Notes: a model not told the origin generated them from the sequence alone. 63,933 bases of DNA, filler included, from 7 parts of 7 records of this genome joined end to end with filler, not necessarily neighbours in it, one strand, 5' to 3'. Positions 38,564 through 48,956 are shown, counted from the whole stretch's first letter. Program-made: numbers and translations.

Positions 38564-39013
38564 ATGATAGACAAAACCCCAGACCTGGAAAAAATTGAAG
38601 CGCTGATAAAACAGTCCGTGGTGTGCCGGCTTGGCATCAATAACGGTAAAACACCCTATGTTGTCCCCTTGGGTTTCGGATACCGTGACAATACCCTGTA
38701 TTTCCACAGCAGGCCCAAGGGAAAAAAGGTGGATCTGTTAAAGGATGACCCCCATGTCTGTTTTGAATTCGACCAAATTACGGAGGTCATGGAAGCGGAT
38801 AATCCCTGTTCCTGGGATATCGGGTATCAAAGTATTATCGGAATAGGAAAAGCTGAGTTCCTGGAGACGGCGGAAGACAAAATTAAGGGGCTGGGGGTGA
38901 TTATTTCCCAGTATACGGACAGGCAGATGAGCATACCGGAAGCCGGGGTAAAGACCACGATGGTATTTCAGGTGAAAGTTGAGCATATGACATTTAAACA
39001 GAATTCGGAATAG
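38564..39013 (+). CDS. Pyridoxamine 5'-phosphate oxidase / NimA-family flavin-binding protein
   Basis: VCRLG....PYVVP..FGY....LYFHS...G.K, P.VCFE, Y.S.IG.G. Confidence 0.88.
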   Translation: MIDKTPDLEKIEALIKQSVVCRLGINNGKTPYVVPLGFGYRDNTLYFHSRPKGKKVDLLKDDPHVCFEFDQITEVMEADNPCSWDIGYQSIIGIGKAEFLETAEDKIKGLGVIISQYTDRQMSIPEAGVKTTMVFQVKVEHMTFKQNSE

Positions 39014-39108
39014 ATGCGGAGTGCCTGATGCCGTTACGATGGACGGCTCGAAACCGTTGAATCTTCTTATTGTTGTACAGCGTGTTCATGGAGAAAAGGA
39101 AGGGAACA

Positions 39109-39897
39109 ATGTCAAGACAGCCCGGGGTTAAGCCTCTGTTTGATTTTTCAGGAAAGGCTGCTGTGATCACCGGCGGCATTTCCGGCATCGGATTTGAAAC
39201 GGCCCGGATGCTTCTTGCCTGCGGGGCAGATGTGGTGCTGACCGGCCGGGACGAAACCCGTGGAAACAATGCTGTCGGGCAGTTGGCCGGACCGGGCCGG
39301 AACCTCTGTTTTATAAAGTCGGATATATCAAAACCTGACCAGTGCAAACAGGCGGTCAGCTCAGTTGTTGATCAATACGGAGGTATCGATATCGTGATCA
39401 ACAATGCCGGTGTCTTCAAGGCAAATCCCATAGAGGAGGTGACGGAAAAAGAGTTTGACTGGATTGTTGACACCAACTTGAAGGGGGCTTTTTTTATATG
39501 TAAATATGCCGTGCCTTTTTTAAAAAAAAACAGATCCGGAGCCATCATTAACGTCTCTTCCGATGCCGGCCTCCAGGGCAACAGGCTGTCATCGGCCTAT
39601 TGTGCATCCAAAGGCGGTTTGACCGTTTTTTCCAAAGCCCTGGCCCTGGATCTGGCTCCCCACGGAATCCGGGTCAATTGTGTCTGCCCGGGTGATATTG
39701 CTACCCCGATGCTGGATAAGGACCTTGAAACAAGGGCGAATCCTGAAGAATACCTGAAAACCCTGACAGGGTCCTATCCTCTGGGCAGACTGGGGCGGCC
39801 CGAAGAGGTGGCGTCGGTTATCTGTTTTCTGGCATCCGGTGCTTCCGGGTTTGTAACAGGGGCTGCCTGGCCGGTTGACGGCGGTATAACTGCCTAA
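39109..39897 (+). CDS. Short-chain dehydrogenase/reductase
   Basis: TGGISGIG, NNAG, S, YCASK, PG.I.T; start moved to ATG 39109. Confidence 0.92.
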   Translation: MSRQPGVKPLFDFSGKAAVITGGISGIGFETARMLLACGADVVLTGRDETRGNNAVGQLAGPGRNLCFIKSDISKPDQCKQAVSSVVDQYGGIDIVINNAGVFKANPIEEVTEKEFDWIVDTNLKGAFFICKYAVPFLKKNRSGAIINVSSDAGLQGNRLSSAYCASKGGLTVFSKALALDLAPHGIRVNCVCPGDIATPMLDKDLETRANPEEYLKTLTGSYPLGRLGRPEEVASVICFLASGASGFVTGAAWPVDGGITA

Positions 39898-39976
39898 TGA
39901 ACAATGAGCCGGATGTCTCGGCAGGCAAAATGTCGTGAAATTTTTGAATTACGGGATTAGATCAAAAGGGGGAAAG

Positions 39977-40213
39977 GTGGAGATAAAAGTTAAACTCTCC
40001 AGGGCCTTGGAAAGTTATAAATCCGATGAGGATAACGAGTTTGAGGTGCTCTGTTTTGACACCCCTGTTCCGGTCAGGCAGGTTTTGAAGAAAATAGAAC
40101 TACCAGATGAGCTTCCCAAGCTTATTTTAATCAACGGAATGGTAAGGGATAAAGACCATGTGCTGGGGGATGGAGATACCCTCAGTATCTTTCCGGCCAT
40201 GGCCGGGGGATAA
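39977..40213 (+). CDS. MoaD/ThiS-family sulfur carrier
   Basis: ING......L.DGD...IFP..AGG C-terminus; GTG start behind AGGGGG. Confidence 0.88.
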   Translation: MEIKVKLSRALESYKSDEDNEFEVLCFDTPVPVRQVLKKIELPDELPKLILINGMVRDKDHVLGDGDTLSIFPAMAGG

Positions 40214-40322
40214 GGGGGGGGGTATTCCCGGGAATGGCATATGGCAATTTTATTTAAATCTGTGGTATGCTGAGACAATATCTGAAAAATTTATCCAGCC
40301 TACACAATGGAGAATATATAAA

Positions 40323-40835
40323 ATGGAAGAAGCGAAAAATATTTTATTTGCATCCAATTTGTCCAAAGAAATGAAAATTGTATTCGAACACGCGGCAACT
40401 ACAGCGGTCTATCACAAATCCCGTATCATTGTGGTTCATGTCATGGAAAAGAACGACAGGTCCCGGAAGCGGATGAAAACCGCATTCGGTGAGAAATTGT
40501 ATGAGGATTTAAAATCCGAGCACCGCCAGGAAGCCCGCAACATCCTGACGGGTAAAAACGTGGATGCCCTGAAAATCCGCCAGGCCATTGCCGGTTTCTT
40601 TGAGGAAAACACAAGCGGAGACAATGCTGCCGGCCTGATCAGCAAGATCCGGGTAACTGAAAGCCGCGGCATTGCCGATGAAATCGCCGCCATTGCAGTG
40701 GAAGAAAACTGCGGCATGATCGTCATGGGCTGCAAACAGCAGGGCCTTATGGCAGAGGCCACGGGGGACAACGTGGTTCGCAAGGTCTTAAAACGCACCT
40801 CGGTTCCCGTCCTTATGGTACCTTTGAGGAAGTAG
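40323..40835 (+). CDS. Universal stress protein
   Basis: NILFA..L, HV, ADEI...A......IVMG, VL.R..VPVL.VP. Confidence 0.88.
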   Translation: MEEAKNILFASNLSKEMKIVFEHAATTAVYHKSRIIVVHVMEKNDRSRKRMKTAFGEKLYEDLKSEHRQEARNILTGKNVDALKIRQAIAGFFEENTSGDNAAGLISKIRVTESRGIADEIAAIAVEENCGMIVMGCKQQGLMAEATGDNVVRKVLKRTSVPVLMVPLRK

Positions 40836-41037
40836 GGATACTGTTAAAACGCCACGTCTGTATCTTCTGGCAGCAAAATTATGAGAGCTTCGTTAAAAGG
40901 GGGTGGCGATCGATTTTCATAAAAAGAAACCTCGTAGGATTTATAGGGGTTGGCCCTGCCCCTGGCATCCCGGGCCGGTATAAAGGAAGCGTGGGTCTGA
41001 ATAGTTGATATAAAAATGAACGTTCGTTCGTATTTTT

Positions 41038-41137
41038 NNNNNNNNNNNNNNNNNNNNNNNNNNNNNNNNNNNNNNNNNNNNTTAATTAATTAANNNNNNN
41101 NNNNNNNNNNNNNNNNNNNNNNNNNNNNNNNNNNNNN
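41038..41137. other. Artificial contig spacer
   Basis: 44 N + TTAATTAATTAA + 44 N. Confidence 0.99.
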
Positions 41138-41487
41138 CATTATGAAGAAAATTATTCTTTTCATGAATCACTTTATGGTTCAGTATTATTCAAAAACTGT
41201 GAGGAGTAAAGTAAATAAAAATATATATTCCTTACAAGTTTTATCAGAGGTTCAGGCTCTTTTATCAACAATTTTCATTAATCTACTTTATAAATATTTT
41301 TTTAGATTAAAATATTAAATTAAATAAACATTTGCTATAACTCTTTTGATAGCAATATTCTTTCTCTAAATATCGTAATTCTTATTTACGTCATTTTTTA
41401 CATTTTGTTAATAGATTTTCTTCTTTTTCAATTTAGATTAACAATAATTAGAATTGAATTAAGATACATTAATATAGAAAAGGCAAT

Positions 41488-41522
41488 AAAAAAGGGCTGT
41501 ACATGAATTTGTACAGCCCTTA
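41488..41522 (-). terminator. topA intrinsic terminator
   Basis: AAAAAAGGGCTGTACA-TGAATT-TGTACAGCCCTT. Confidence 0.85.
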
Positions 41523-41539
41523 ATTTTTTTTGAAAAATT

Positions 41540-43963
41540 TTATTTTTTTGCCTTTTTGGCAGTTGTAGTTTTTTTCTTAGTCGTAGTAGACTTCTTTTTC
41601 GTCGTTGTTTTTTTAGCAGTCGTCTTCTTTGCAGTTGCTTTTTTAGTTGTTTTCTTTTTCGGACCATCCTTAATGATCTTCATACAATCTTCGAAGCTCA
41701 ATGCTTTTGGATCCTCAATATCCTTAGCCAAACGGTAATTTTCCTTTTGGTAGGCAATATAAGGTCCCCAGCGCCCATTTAAGATTTGAAGATCAAGATC
41801 TTCGTCGAAACCTTTAATGAACTTCTCTCTGTCTTTCTTTCTTTTCTCTTCAATTAACTCGATAGCTCGTGGTAAATCAATCTCCATTGGATCATCTACA
41901 TCTTTCTTAAGAGAAGCAAATTTACCATCGTGACGAACATATGGACCAAATCTACCAATTGCAACTACTACTTTTTTATCTTCATATAAACCTAAATCGC
42001 GAGGTAGTTTGAATAGGTCAATAGCCTCTTCAAGTGTAATGGTCTCTAAATGTTGACCAGTACGAAGGCTAGCGAATTTTGGAGGTTCAGCTTCTTTGTC
42101 TTCTGGAGTTTCTCCCAACTGAGCCATTGGACCATATCTACCAATACGAACCAAAATCACTTTACCGGTTTTAGGATCTTCTCCTAAAATTCTTTCTCCT
42201 GTTGATCTTTCTGAATGTTCTAGCGTTTGCTCTACATTCTCGTGGAATGGATTGTAGAATTTACCAATCATTTCATGCCAAATCAGTTTACCTAAGGCGA
42301 TATCATCAAACTCTTTTTCTACATCAGCAGTAAAATTGTAGTTCATGATATTGGTGAAATGCTCATTTAGGAAGTCAGTAACTACCATTCCGATATCGGT
42401 AGGGAAAAGTTTCTTTTTCTCAGCACCAGTGATTTGAGTTTTCACATCTTCTGTAAGAGTGTTCTCTTTTAAATTAATCACTTCGTACTTTCTTTCTACT
42501 CCATCTCTTGATTCTTTCACAACATAACCACGATTTTGAACTGTAGTAATTGTTGGAGCATAAGTAGACGGACGACCGATACCAAGTTCTTCTAACTTCT
42601 TAACCAAACTTGCCTCGGTAAATCTTGCAGGACGATAAGTAAAGTTTTGAGTAGCATTTAGAAAATCTTCTTCAACAGGATCGTTTACTTTTACTTTAGG
42701 CAATAGTGTATCTTCTTGCTTGCCGTTATCATCGTCGGTAGATTCCAGATATACTTTTAAGAATCCATCGAATTTTACCATTTCACCACTTGCAACAAAC
42801 TCTTCACCATTGGTTGAAGCACCAATTTTAATATTGGTTTTCTCCAATTTGGCATCGCTCATTTGAGAAGCAATGGTTCTTTTCCAAATTAAGTTGTACA
42901 AACGGATTTCATTAGATTCTCCGTTGATTATCTCTTTGTTTAGATAAGTTGGACGAATTGCCTCGTGAGCCTCTTGAGCTCCTTTATTTTTGGTTTGGTA
43001 TTTTCTGATTTTCACATACTCGGAACCATGACGCTTGGTGATTTCCTCTTTAGCTGCAGATAATGCAGTATCAGATAAATTTACCGAGTCAGTTCTCATG
43101 TAGGTAATGTTTCCTGCTTCGTACAAACGCTGAGCAACAGTCATGGTTTGAGAAACGGAGAAACCTAATTTTCTACTTGCCTCTTGTTGTAAAGTTGAGG
43201 TGGTAAACGGAGCCGCAGGTTTACGAGTTGAAGGTTTTTTCTCAATTTCGTTAACCTTATAATCTGCATTTTTACAACTTTCAAGAAACTTTAAAGTTTC
43301 TTCTTTAGTAGAAAATCGTTTTGGATACTCAGCTTTTAGTGTTTTTTGAGTTCCATTTTCTTCAGTTACAATAAAATTTGCAACAATTTTATAAAAACTT
43401 TCAGACTTAAAAGCAATAATTTCTCTTTCGCGCTCTACAATTAAACGAACTGCTACAGACTGAACACGTCCAGCAGATAATTGTGGTTTCACCTTTTTCC
43501 ATAAAACAGGAGAAATTTCAAAACCTACCAATCGATCTAAAATTCTTCGTGCTTGCTGTGCATTTACTAAATTGTCATCGATATCGCGTGGCGTTTCGAT
43601 AGCATTTAGAATAGCATCTTTTGTAATTTCGTGGAAAACAATACGCTTGGTATTCTCTTTTTTAAGCTTTAAAACTTCAAAAAGATGCCATGCAATAGCT
43701 TCTCCCTCGCGGTCTTCATCGGATGCGATCCAGACAGTTTTGGCTTCTTTCGCCAACTTTTTAAGTTCTGTAACTACCTTCTTCTTATCGGTAGATACAA
43801 TATATTTTGGTGTGAAATTATTCTTAATATCAATTCCAAAATCCTTTTTTTCCAAATCCCGAATGTGCCCAAAGCTTGACTTTACCAAGAAATCTTTACC
43901 AAGAAATTTCTCGATTGTTTTTGCTTTTGCAGGGGACTCGACTATTACTAAATTCTCTACCAT
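41540..43963 (-). CDS. topA: DNA topoisomerase I with Lys/Thr-rich tail
   Basis: LVIVESPAKAK, D.DREGE, SAGRVQS, ITYMRTDS, GIGRPSTY, GR.GP repeats; start ATG 43963. Confidence 0.97.
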   Translation of the reverse strand: MVENLVIVESPAKAKTIEKFLGKDFLVKSSFGHIRDLEKKDFGIDIKNNFTPKYIVSTDKKKVVTELKKLAKEAKTVWIASDEDREGEAIAWHLFEVLKLKKENTKRIVFHEITKDAILNAIETPRDIDDNLVNAQQARRILDRLVGFEISPVLWKKVKPQLSAGRVQSVAVRLIVEREREIIAFKSESFYKIVANFIVTEENGTQKTLKAEYPKRFSTKEETLKFLESCKNADYKVNEIEKKPSTRKPAAPFTTSTLQQEASRKLGFSVSQTMTVAQRLYEAGNITYMRTDSVNLSDTALSAAKEEITKRHGSEYVKIRKYQTKNKGAQEAHEAIRPTYLNKEIINGESNEIRLYNLIWKRTIASQMSDAKLEKTNIKIGASTNGEEFVASGEMVKFDGFLKVYLESTDDDNGKQEDTLLPKVKVNDPVEEDFLNATQNFTYRPARFTEASLVKKLEELGIGRPSTYAPTITTVQNRGYVVKESRDGVERKYEVINLKENTLTEDVKTQITGAEKKKLFPTDIGMVVTDFLNEHFTNIMNYNFTADVEKEFDDIALGKLIWHEMIGKFYNPFHENVEQTLEHSERSTGERILGEDPKTGKVILVRIGRYGPMAQLGETPEDKEAEPPKFASLRTGQHLETITLEEAIDLFKLPRDLGLYEDKKVVVAIGRFGPYVRHDGKFASLKKDVDDPMEIDLPRAIELIEEKRKKDREKFIKGFDEDLDLQILNGRWGPYIAYQKENYRLAKDIEDPKALSFEDCMKIIKDGPKKKTTKKATAKKTTAKKTTTKKKSTTTKKKTTTAKKAKK

Positions 43964-44171
43964 CTCGTATCTTTGCTTTGGAAAGTTAAGGTTAAAATTT
44001 TTTGCAAAGTAAAACAATAAGCAGGCTAAGTTCAAAATTTTGTTGTAATTATTTTGGAACTACCTGTTTATAAGGTATACTCTTCATCCAATAAAATCAA
44101 GAAAAATACGTCTTATCTATTAGAATATAATTTGCTATTTTTACAGCTCAATTAAAATCAATCGGAATAAA

Positions 44172-46547
44172 ATGTCTGAAATTAATTCAAGTACAGAGAT
44201 TAATCAGGAATCTAATCTTAAAAAATTCAAGAAACCTTTGATCATTTTTTGGTCTGTTTTTCTTGTGGGGATAATTGCTGTTGTATTATTTTTTGCAGGA
44301 GTATCTAGTGGAAAGTTTGGTTTTATGCCAACATTTGAAGAATTAGAAAATCCTAAAAGTAGTCTTGCGACAGAAATTTATACTGTGGATAATGAATTGA
44401 TCGGAAAATTCTACTTTCAAAATCGATCCTTCGTTGAACATGATGAACTTTCTCCTTTTTTGGTTGATGCGTTAATAGCAACTGAGGATGTTCGTTACGA
44501 AACTCACTCAGGAATTGATGTTAGAGGACTTTTTCGTGTTGCTAAAGGATTGGTTACGGGAAATAAGAATGCTGGTGGAGGTAGTACCATTTCTCAGCAG
44601 TTGGCAAAAATGCTTTTCCCTCGCGAAAGTTTTAAGAATAAATTGGATATCGTATTCAGAAAATTTAGAGAATGGGTTATTGCTGTAAAACTTGAGAGAA
44701 GTTATACAAAAGAAGAAATCATGACAATGTATTTTAATAAGTATGATTTTTTGAATTTGGCTGTTGGAATTAAATCTGCAGCTAATGTATATTTTAATAC
44801 TACTCCCGATTCCTTAAAAATGGAACAGGCTGCTATGTTGGTTGGGATGGCAAAAAACTCATCTTATTTTAATCCTTTACGTCGACCTGAACTTACAAAA
44901 GATAGAAGAAATGTGGTCATGGCTCAGATGGTGAAGTATGATTATTTGGAGAAAGAGGTTTACGATTCTTTAAAAAATCTTCCTTTGGGAATTGATTATC
45001 AGAAAGTGGATCACAAAAGAGGAATGGCTCCTTATTTTAGAGAATATCTTCGTATGTCGTTAACAGCGAAGAAACCAGAGCGAAAAAACTATCCTTCGTG
45101 GAACATGCAAAAGTTTAAATTGGATTCTCTGGAATGGGAAAGTAATCCATTTTATGGTTGGTGTAATAAAAATCAAAAAGCTGATGGCAGCCCATACAAT
45201 ATATATAGAGATGGTTTAAAAATTTATACGACCATTGACTCGCGTATGCAGAAATATGCAGAGCAGGCTGTAGAAGAACATTTAGGGCTGGATCTTCAGA
45301 ATGCTTTCGATCGAGAGAAACAAAATCATAAGAATCCACCTTTTTCGGATGATTTAAATGACGAAGCTGTAGAGCATCAGCTTGATTTGTCGATTCGTAG
45401 AAGTGAAAGGCACCGAGTACTAAAAAAGAAAGGTTTATCGTTCGAGGAGATTAAAGAGAACTTTAAAAAACCTGTTGATATGAAAATATTTACATGGAAA
45501 GGGGAGCGTGATACTCTTTTATCCCCAATGGATTCCATGTTGTATTATAAAGGATTTTTACGTGCTGGTTTCATGTCAATGGTACCACAAACAGGAGAGG
45601 TAAGAGCTTATGTTGGTGGTCCAAACTATAAGCATTTCATGTATGATATGGTTACCTTAGGAAAGCGACAGGTTGGTTCAACAATAAAACCATTTTTATA
45701 TACTTTGGCAATGCAGGAAGGTTTATCTCCTTGCGATAAAGTACCAAATATTCCACAAACCTTTATTTTGCCTGATGGAACACCGTGGACTTCAAGGAAT
45801 TCTACTAAAGCTAGGAGTGGTGAAATGGTAACCCTAAAATGGGGATTAGCCAATTCGGTGAACAACATTTCGGGTTGGGTTTTGAAACAATCTACACCAA
45901 AATCGGTTGTATCTATGGCTCATAAAATGGGAGTAGTTAGTAGAATAGATCCTGTTCCATCAATCTTTTTGGGAACTTCTGAAATATCGGTATACGAAAT
46001 GGTTGGAGCCTACAGTTCTTTTGTGAATAAAGGGGTGTACATTAAACCGCGATTTATTAGTAAGGTTGAAGACAGTAAAGGTAACTTGATAGCACAATCT
46101 GTTCCTCGTAAAAAAGAGGTCATGAACGAGAAAACCGCCTATTTAATGACCAATCTTTTAAGAGGAGTGGTAAATGAAGGTACTGGAAGAAGGTTACGCT
46201 TTAGATATAATTTGTATAATCCAATTGGAGGAAAAACCGGAACTACACAGAATCATTCCGATGGATGGTTTATGGGAATTACTCCTGAGTTAGTATCTGG
46301 AGTTTGGGTTGGTGCTGAAGACAGAGCTGTCCATTTTGAAGGTATTTATTATGGGCAGGGAGCCAATATGGCATTGCCAATTTGGGCATTATACATGCAA
46401 AAAGTATATGCCGACAGAGGTTTGGGTATCTCGCAAGGCGATTTTGAAAAACCAAGAGGCATGATTCTGAATTTAGATTGCGATTCTGAATCTAATGATT
46501 CAAATAACAACGAATTACAGGATTCGGAAGATGAAGATTTCTTTTAG
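44172..46547 (+). CDS. mrcA: Class A penicillin-binding protein 1A
   Basis: EDVRY..H.G.D, GGSTISQQLAK, RK..E; STIK, SVN, KTG. Confidence 0.9.
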   Translation: MSEINSSTEINQESNLKKFKKPLIIFWSVFLVGIIAVVLFFAGVSSGKFGFMPTFEELENPKSSLATEIYTVDNELIGKFYFQNRSFVEHDELSPFLVDALIATEDVRYETHSGIDVRGLFRVAKGLVTGNKNAGGGSTISQQLAKMLFPRESFKNKLDIVFRKFREWVIAVKLERSYTKEEIMTMYFNKYDFLNLAVGIKSAANVYFNTTPDSLKMEQAAMLVGMAKNSSYFNPLRRPELTKDRRNVVMAQMVKYDYLEKEVYDSLKNLPLGIDYQKVDHKRGMAPYFREYLRMSLTAKKPERKNYPSWNMQKFKLDSLEWESNPFYGWCNKNQKADGSPYNIYRDGLKIYTTIDSRMQKYAEQAVEEHLGLDLQNAFDREKQNHKNPPFSDDLNDEAVEHQLDLSIRRSERHRVLKKKGLSFEEIKENFKKPVDMKIFTWKGERDTLLSPMDSMLYYKGFLRAGFMSMVPQTGEVRAYVGGPNYKHFMYDMVTLGKRQVGSTIKPFLYTLAMQEGLSPCDKVPNIPQTFILPDGTPWTSRNSTKARSGEMVTLKWGLANSVNNISGWVLKQSTPKSVVSMAHKMGVVSRIDPVPSIFLGTSEISVYEMVGAYSSFVNKGVYIKPRFISKVEDSKGNLIAQSVPRKKEVMNEKTAYLMTNLLRGVVNEGTGRRLRFRYNLYNPIGGKTGTTQNHSDGWFMGITPELVSGVWVGAEDRAVHFEGIYYGQGANMALPIWALYMQKVYADRGLGISQGDFEKPRGMILNLDCDSESNDSNNNELQDSEDEDFF

Positions 46548-46599
46548 AATTCGAACTTGATTTTTATTGAAAAGATCAATTAATTTTCTTAAAATTGTA

Positions 46600-46780
46600 G
46601 TGCAATATAGGTTTCCGAGAAGGAAATAATAGGGAATCCTGTTTAAATCAGGAGCTGTCCCCGCAGCTGTAAATTCCGATTCAGTTTTGAATCTGTGTTT
46701 TGAACAAATGTTCCACTGTCCGAAGTATTCAGGATGGGAAGGAGTTCAAAGCCGGAATAAGCCAGAAGACCTGCCTGCAT
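46600..46780 (+). ncRNA. Cobalamin (B12) riboswitch
   Basis: AGGT...AATAGGGAATCCTG-TTTAAAT-CAGGAGCTGTCCCCGCAGCTGTAA...CCACTG...GGGAAGG...B12 box AAGCCAGAAGACCTGCC; P1 closure TGCA...TGCA. Confidence 0.93.
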
Positions 46781-46904
46781 TGATGGATTTTAGCTTTCGG
46801 GCGAGAAAAGCGGGAAGATTCAATTTATTCTTTCTAATTCCGACGCTAGCAGATTCGAACTGCCATATTCGAATCGAAAAAAATTCATAGTAACTGTTTA
46901 CTAT

Positions 46905-46937
46905 AGAGGATGTCTTGCCAGGACATCCTCTTTTTTT
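46905..46937 (+). terminator. Strong intrinsic terminator downstream of riboswitch; T-tract overlaps radA stop
   Basis: AGAGGATGTCTT-GCC-AGGACATCCTCT then T run. Confidence 0.85.
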
Positions 46938-48309
46938 ATCTAAAAAGCGTTTGAAACACTTGTCCAACCTTACTTACCAAATGTATTTTGATATTAAATT
47001 TAGAGATATCAAGACCTTTTGAATTGTATTTTGGAATGAATATTTGTTTGAAACCCAACTTTTCAGCTTCGCTAATTCTTTGATCAATTCTGTTTACCGA
47101 ACGAATTTCTCCGGATAAACCAATTTCACCCGCAAAGCAAACTTCTTTAGGAATCGAGATATCGGTGCTAGATGATAGTATGGCTATAATTACCGCTAAA
47201 TCGATAGCCGGGTCGTTTACTTTTATACCACCTGCAATATTTAAAAAGACATCTTTGGTTGAGATTCTAAAGCCCGCACGTTTTTCGAGAACTGCCAAAA
47301 GCATGTTTAACCTTCGCAAGTCGAAACCTGTTGATGAACGCTGGGGTGTTCCGTAAGCGGCGGAACTCACCAATGCCTGAATCTCTATCAGAAAAGGACG
47401 CATACCTTCAATGGATGCTGAAATGGCAGTTCCACTTAAACTTTCATCTTCCTGCGACAGCAGCAATTCTGATGGATTTGAGACTTCTCGTAATCCAGAG
47501 TGTTGCATTTCATATATTCCCATTTCGGAGGTTGATCCAAAACGGTTTTTTGTAGAGCGTAAAATTCGGTACATGTGATTCTGATCGCCTTCGAACTGAA
47601 GAACCGTATCGACCATGTGTTCTAAAATTTTTGGTCCTGCCAGATTTCCATCTTTGGTAATGTGCCCAATTAAAAGAACTGGTACTGCTGATTGTTTGGC
47701 AAATTGAAGCAATTGCGAAGTACATTCTCGAATTTGAGAAACACTTCCAGGTGCTGCCTCTATTTTTTCAGTTGCTAAAGTTTGAATAGAATCGATAACA
47801 ACAATATTTGGCTTGGTATTTTTAATGTGAGAGAAAATGTTTTCCATTAAGGTTTCACTCACAATTAAGCATTTCTCATTATCAGAATTAATTCTGTTAC
47901 CTCTTAGCTTTATTTGCTGTGCACTTTCTTCACCCGAAACGTAAAGAGTGGTAAAATTTTTAAGATGTAAAGCAATTTGTAAAGCCAGAGTAGATTTACC
48001 AATTCCAGGTTCGCCACCTATTAAGATTAAAGATCCTGGCACCAAACCTCCACCCAAGACTCTATTCAACTCCATGTCTTGGGTGTTGAATCGCTTTTCT
48101 TCGGAAGAAGAGATTTCAGAAATTTTAAGCGGTTTGTTTTTAACGCCCTCGCTTGTACCTACAATATTTGTTGATTTTGTTTTCGTAATAATTTCTTCAA
48201 CGAAAGTGTTCCACTCGTTACAAGAAGGACATTTCCCAACCCATTTAGCAGATTCTACTCCACAATTTTGACAAAACCAGGCACTTTTACTTTTTGCTTT
48301 GGCGACCAT
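46936..48309 (-). CDS. radA: DNA repair protein RadA/Sms
   Basis: C4 zinc finger, GGEPGIGKST, KNRFG, Lon-like C-terminal domain. Confidence 0.97.
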   Translation of the reverse strand: MVAKAKSKSAWFCQNCGVESAKWVGKCPSCNEWNTFVEEIITKTKSTNIVGTSEGVKNKPLKISEISSSEEKRFNTQDMELNRVLGGGLVPGSLILIGGEPGIGKSTLALQIALHLKNFTTLYVSGEESAQQIKLRGNRINSDNEKCLIVSETLMENIFSHIKNTKPNIVVIDSIQTLATEKIEAAPGSVSQIRECTSQLLQFAKQSAVPVLLIGHITKDGNLAGPKILEHMVDTVLQFEGDQNHMYRILRSTKNRFGSTSEMGIYEMQHSGLREVSNPSELLLSQEDESLSGTAISASIEGMRPFLIEIQALVSSAAYGTPQRSSTGFDLRRLNMLLAVLEKRAGFRISTKDVFLNIAGGIKVNDPAIDLAVIIAILSSSTDISIPKEVCFAGEIGLSGEIRSVNRIDQRISEAEKLGFKQIFIPKYNSKGLDISKFNIKIHLVSKVGQVFQTLFR

Positions 48310-48318
48310 TCAAATTAT

Positions 48319-48819
48319 TTATTTAGAAGTTCGGATGATTTTATTAATAATTCCTGTTGATGAAAATCCTTCAATAAAATCGAGCGTTTTGATTTCTCCA
48401 CCTTTTCCTTTTACAATATCATATCCCACGATATCTTCAGCATTGTAATCGCTTCCTTTCACTAAAATATCAGGCTGAACGAAGTCGATTAAATCGTAAG
48501 GTGTTTGTTCTCCAAAAAAGATGATCATATCGATATATCCTAATGAAGCCAGGAGTAAGGCACGGGAATATTCATCGTTAATTGGGCGATCGGGACCTTT
48601 TAATTTCTGAACTGAAGCATCGGTGTTTAATCCCAAAATCATTTTATTTCCCATTGATGCTGCAGAAGCCAAGTATTCTAAATGTCCTCGGTGAACAAGA
48701 TCGAAACAACCATTGGTAAAAACGATTTTTTCTTCCTTAAATCTCCAGGTTTGCAATAAGTTGAATGCCTTCTCTTTTTCGAAGTATATTTTATTTTTTA
48801 TCAATTCAAGTTTATCCAT
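48319..48819 (-). CDS. rfaE2: D-glycero-beta-D-manno-heptose 1-phosphate adenylyltransferase
   Basis: VFTNGCFDLVH.GH, LKG..RP, P..LVKG.DY, SST; start ATG 48819. Confidence 0.9.
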   Translation of the reverse strand: MDKLELIKNKIYFEKEKAFNLLQTWRFKEEKIVFTNGCFDLVHRGHLEYLASAASMGNKMILGLNTDASVQKLKGPDRPINDEYSRALLLASLGYIDMIIFFGEQTPYDLIDFVQPDILVKGSDYNAEDIVGYDIVKGKGGEIKTLDFIEGFSSTGIINKIIRTSK

Positions 48820-48904
48820 CTGTTTCAAAATTTTCTTAAAGTTAGTTTTTCGAATACATAGTAGCAAGTCATATTCGATATCTCAATTATCGATTAGGGA
48901 CAAC

Positions 48905-48935
48905 AAAAAAAGGCTGATCCCGAAAGAACAGCCTT
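48905..48935 (-). terminator. panCD terminator
   Basis: A7-GGCTG...CAGCCTT. Confidence 0.7.
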
Positions 48936-48956
48936 GAACTAGTATTCTAAATAAAT

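Noticed and set aside
41018-41029. GAACGTTCGTTC, TetR-like operator
   Set aside because: At contig edge with no target gene visible; too short to support
41540-41660. Lys/Thr-rich low-complexity tail of TopA and overlapping 79-aa ORF
   Set aside because: Basic tails are known in TopA; the alternate-frame ORF is a low-complexity artefact
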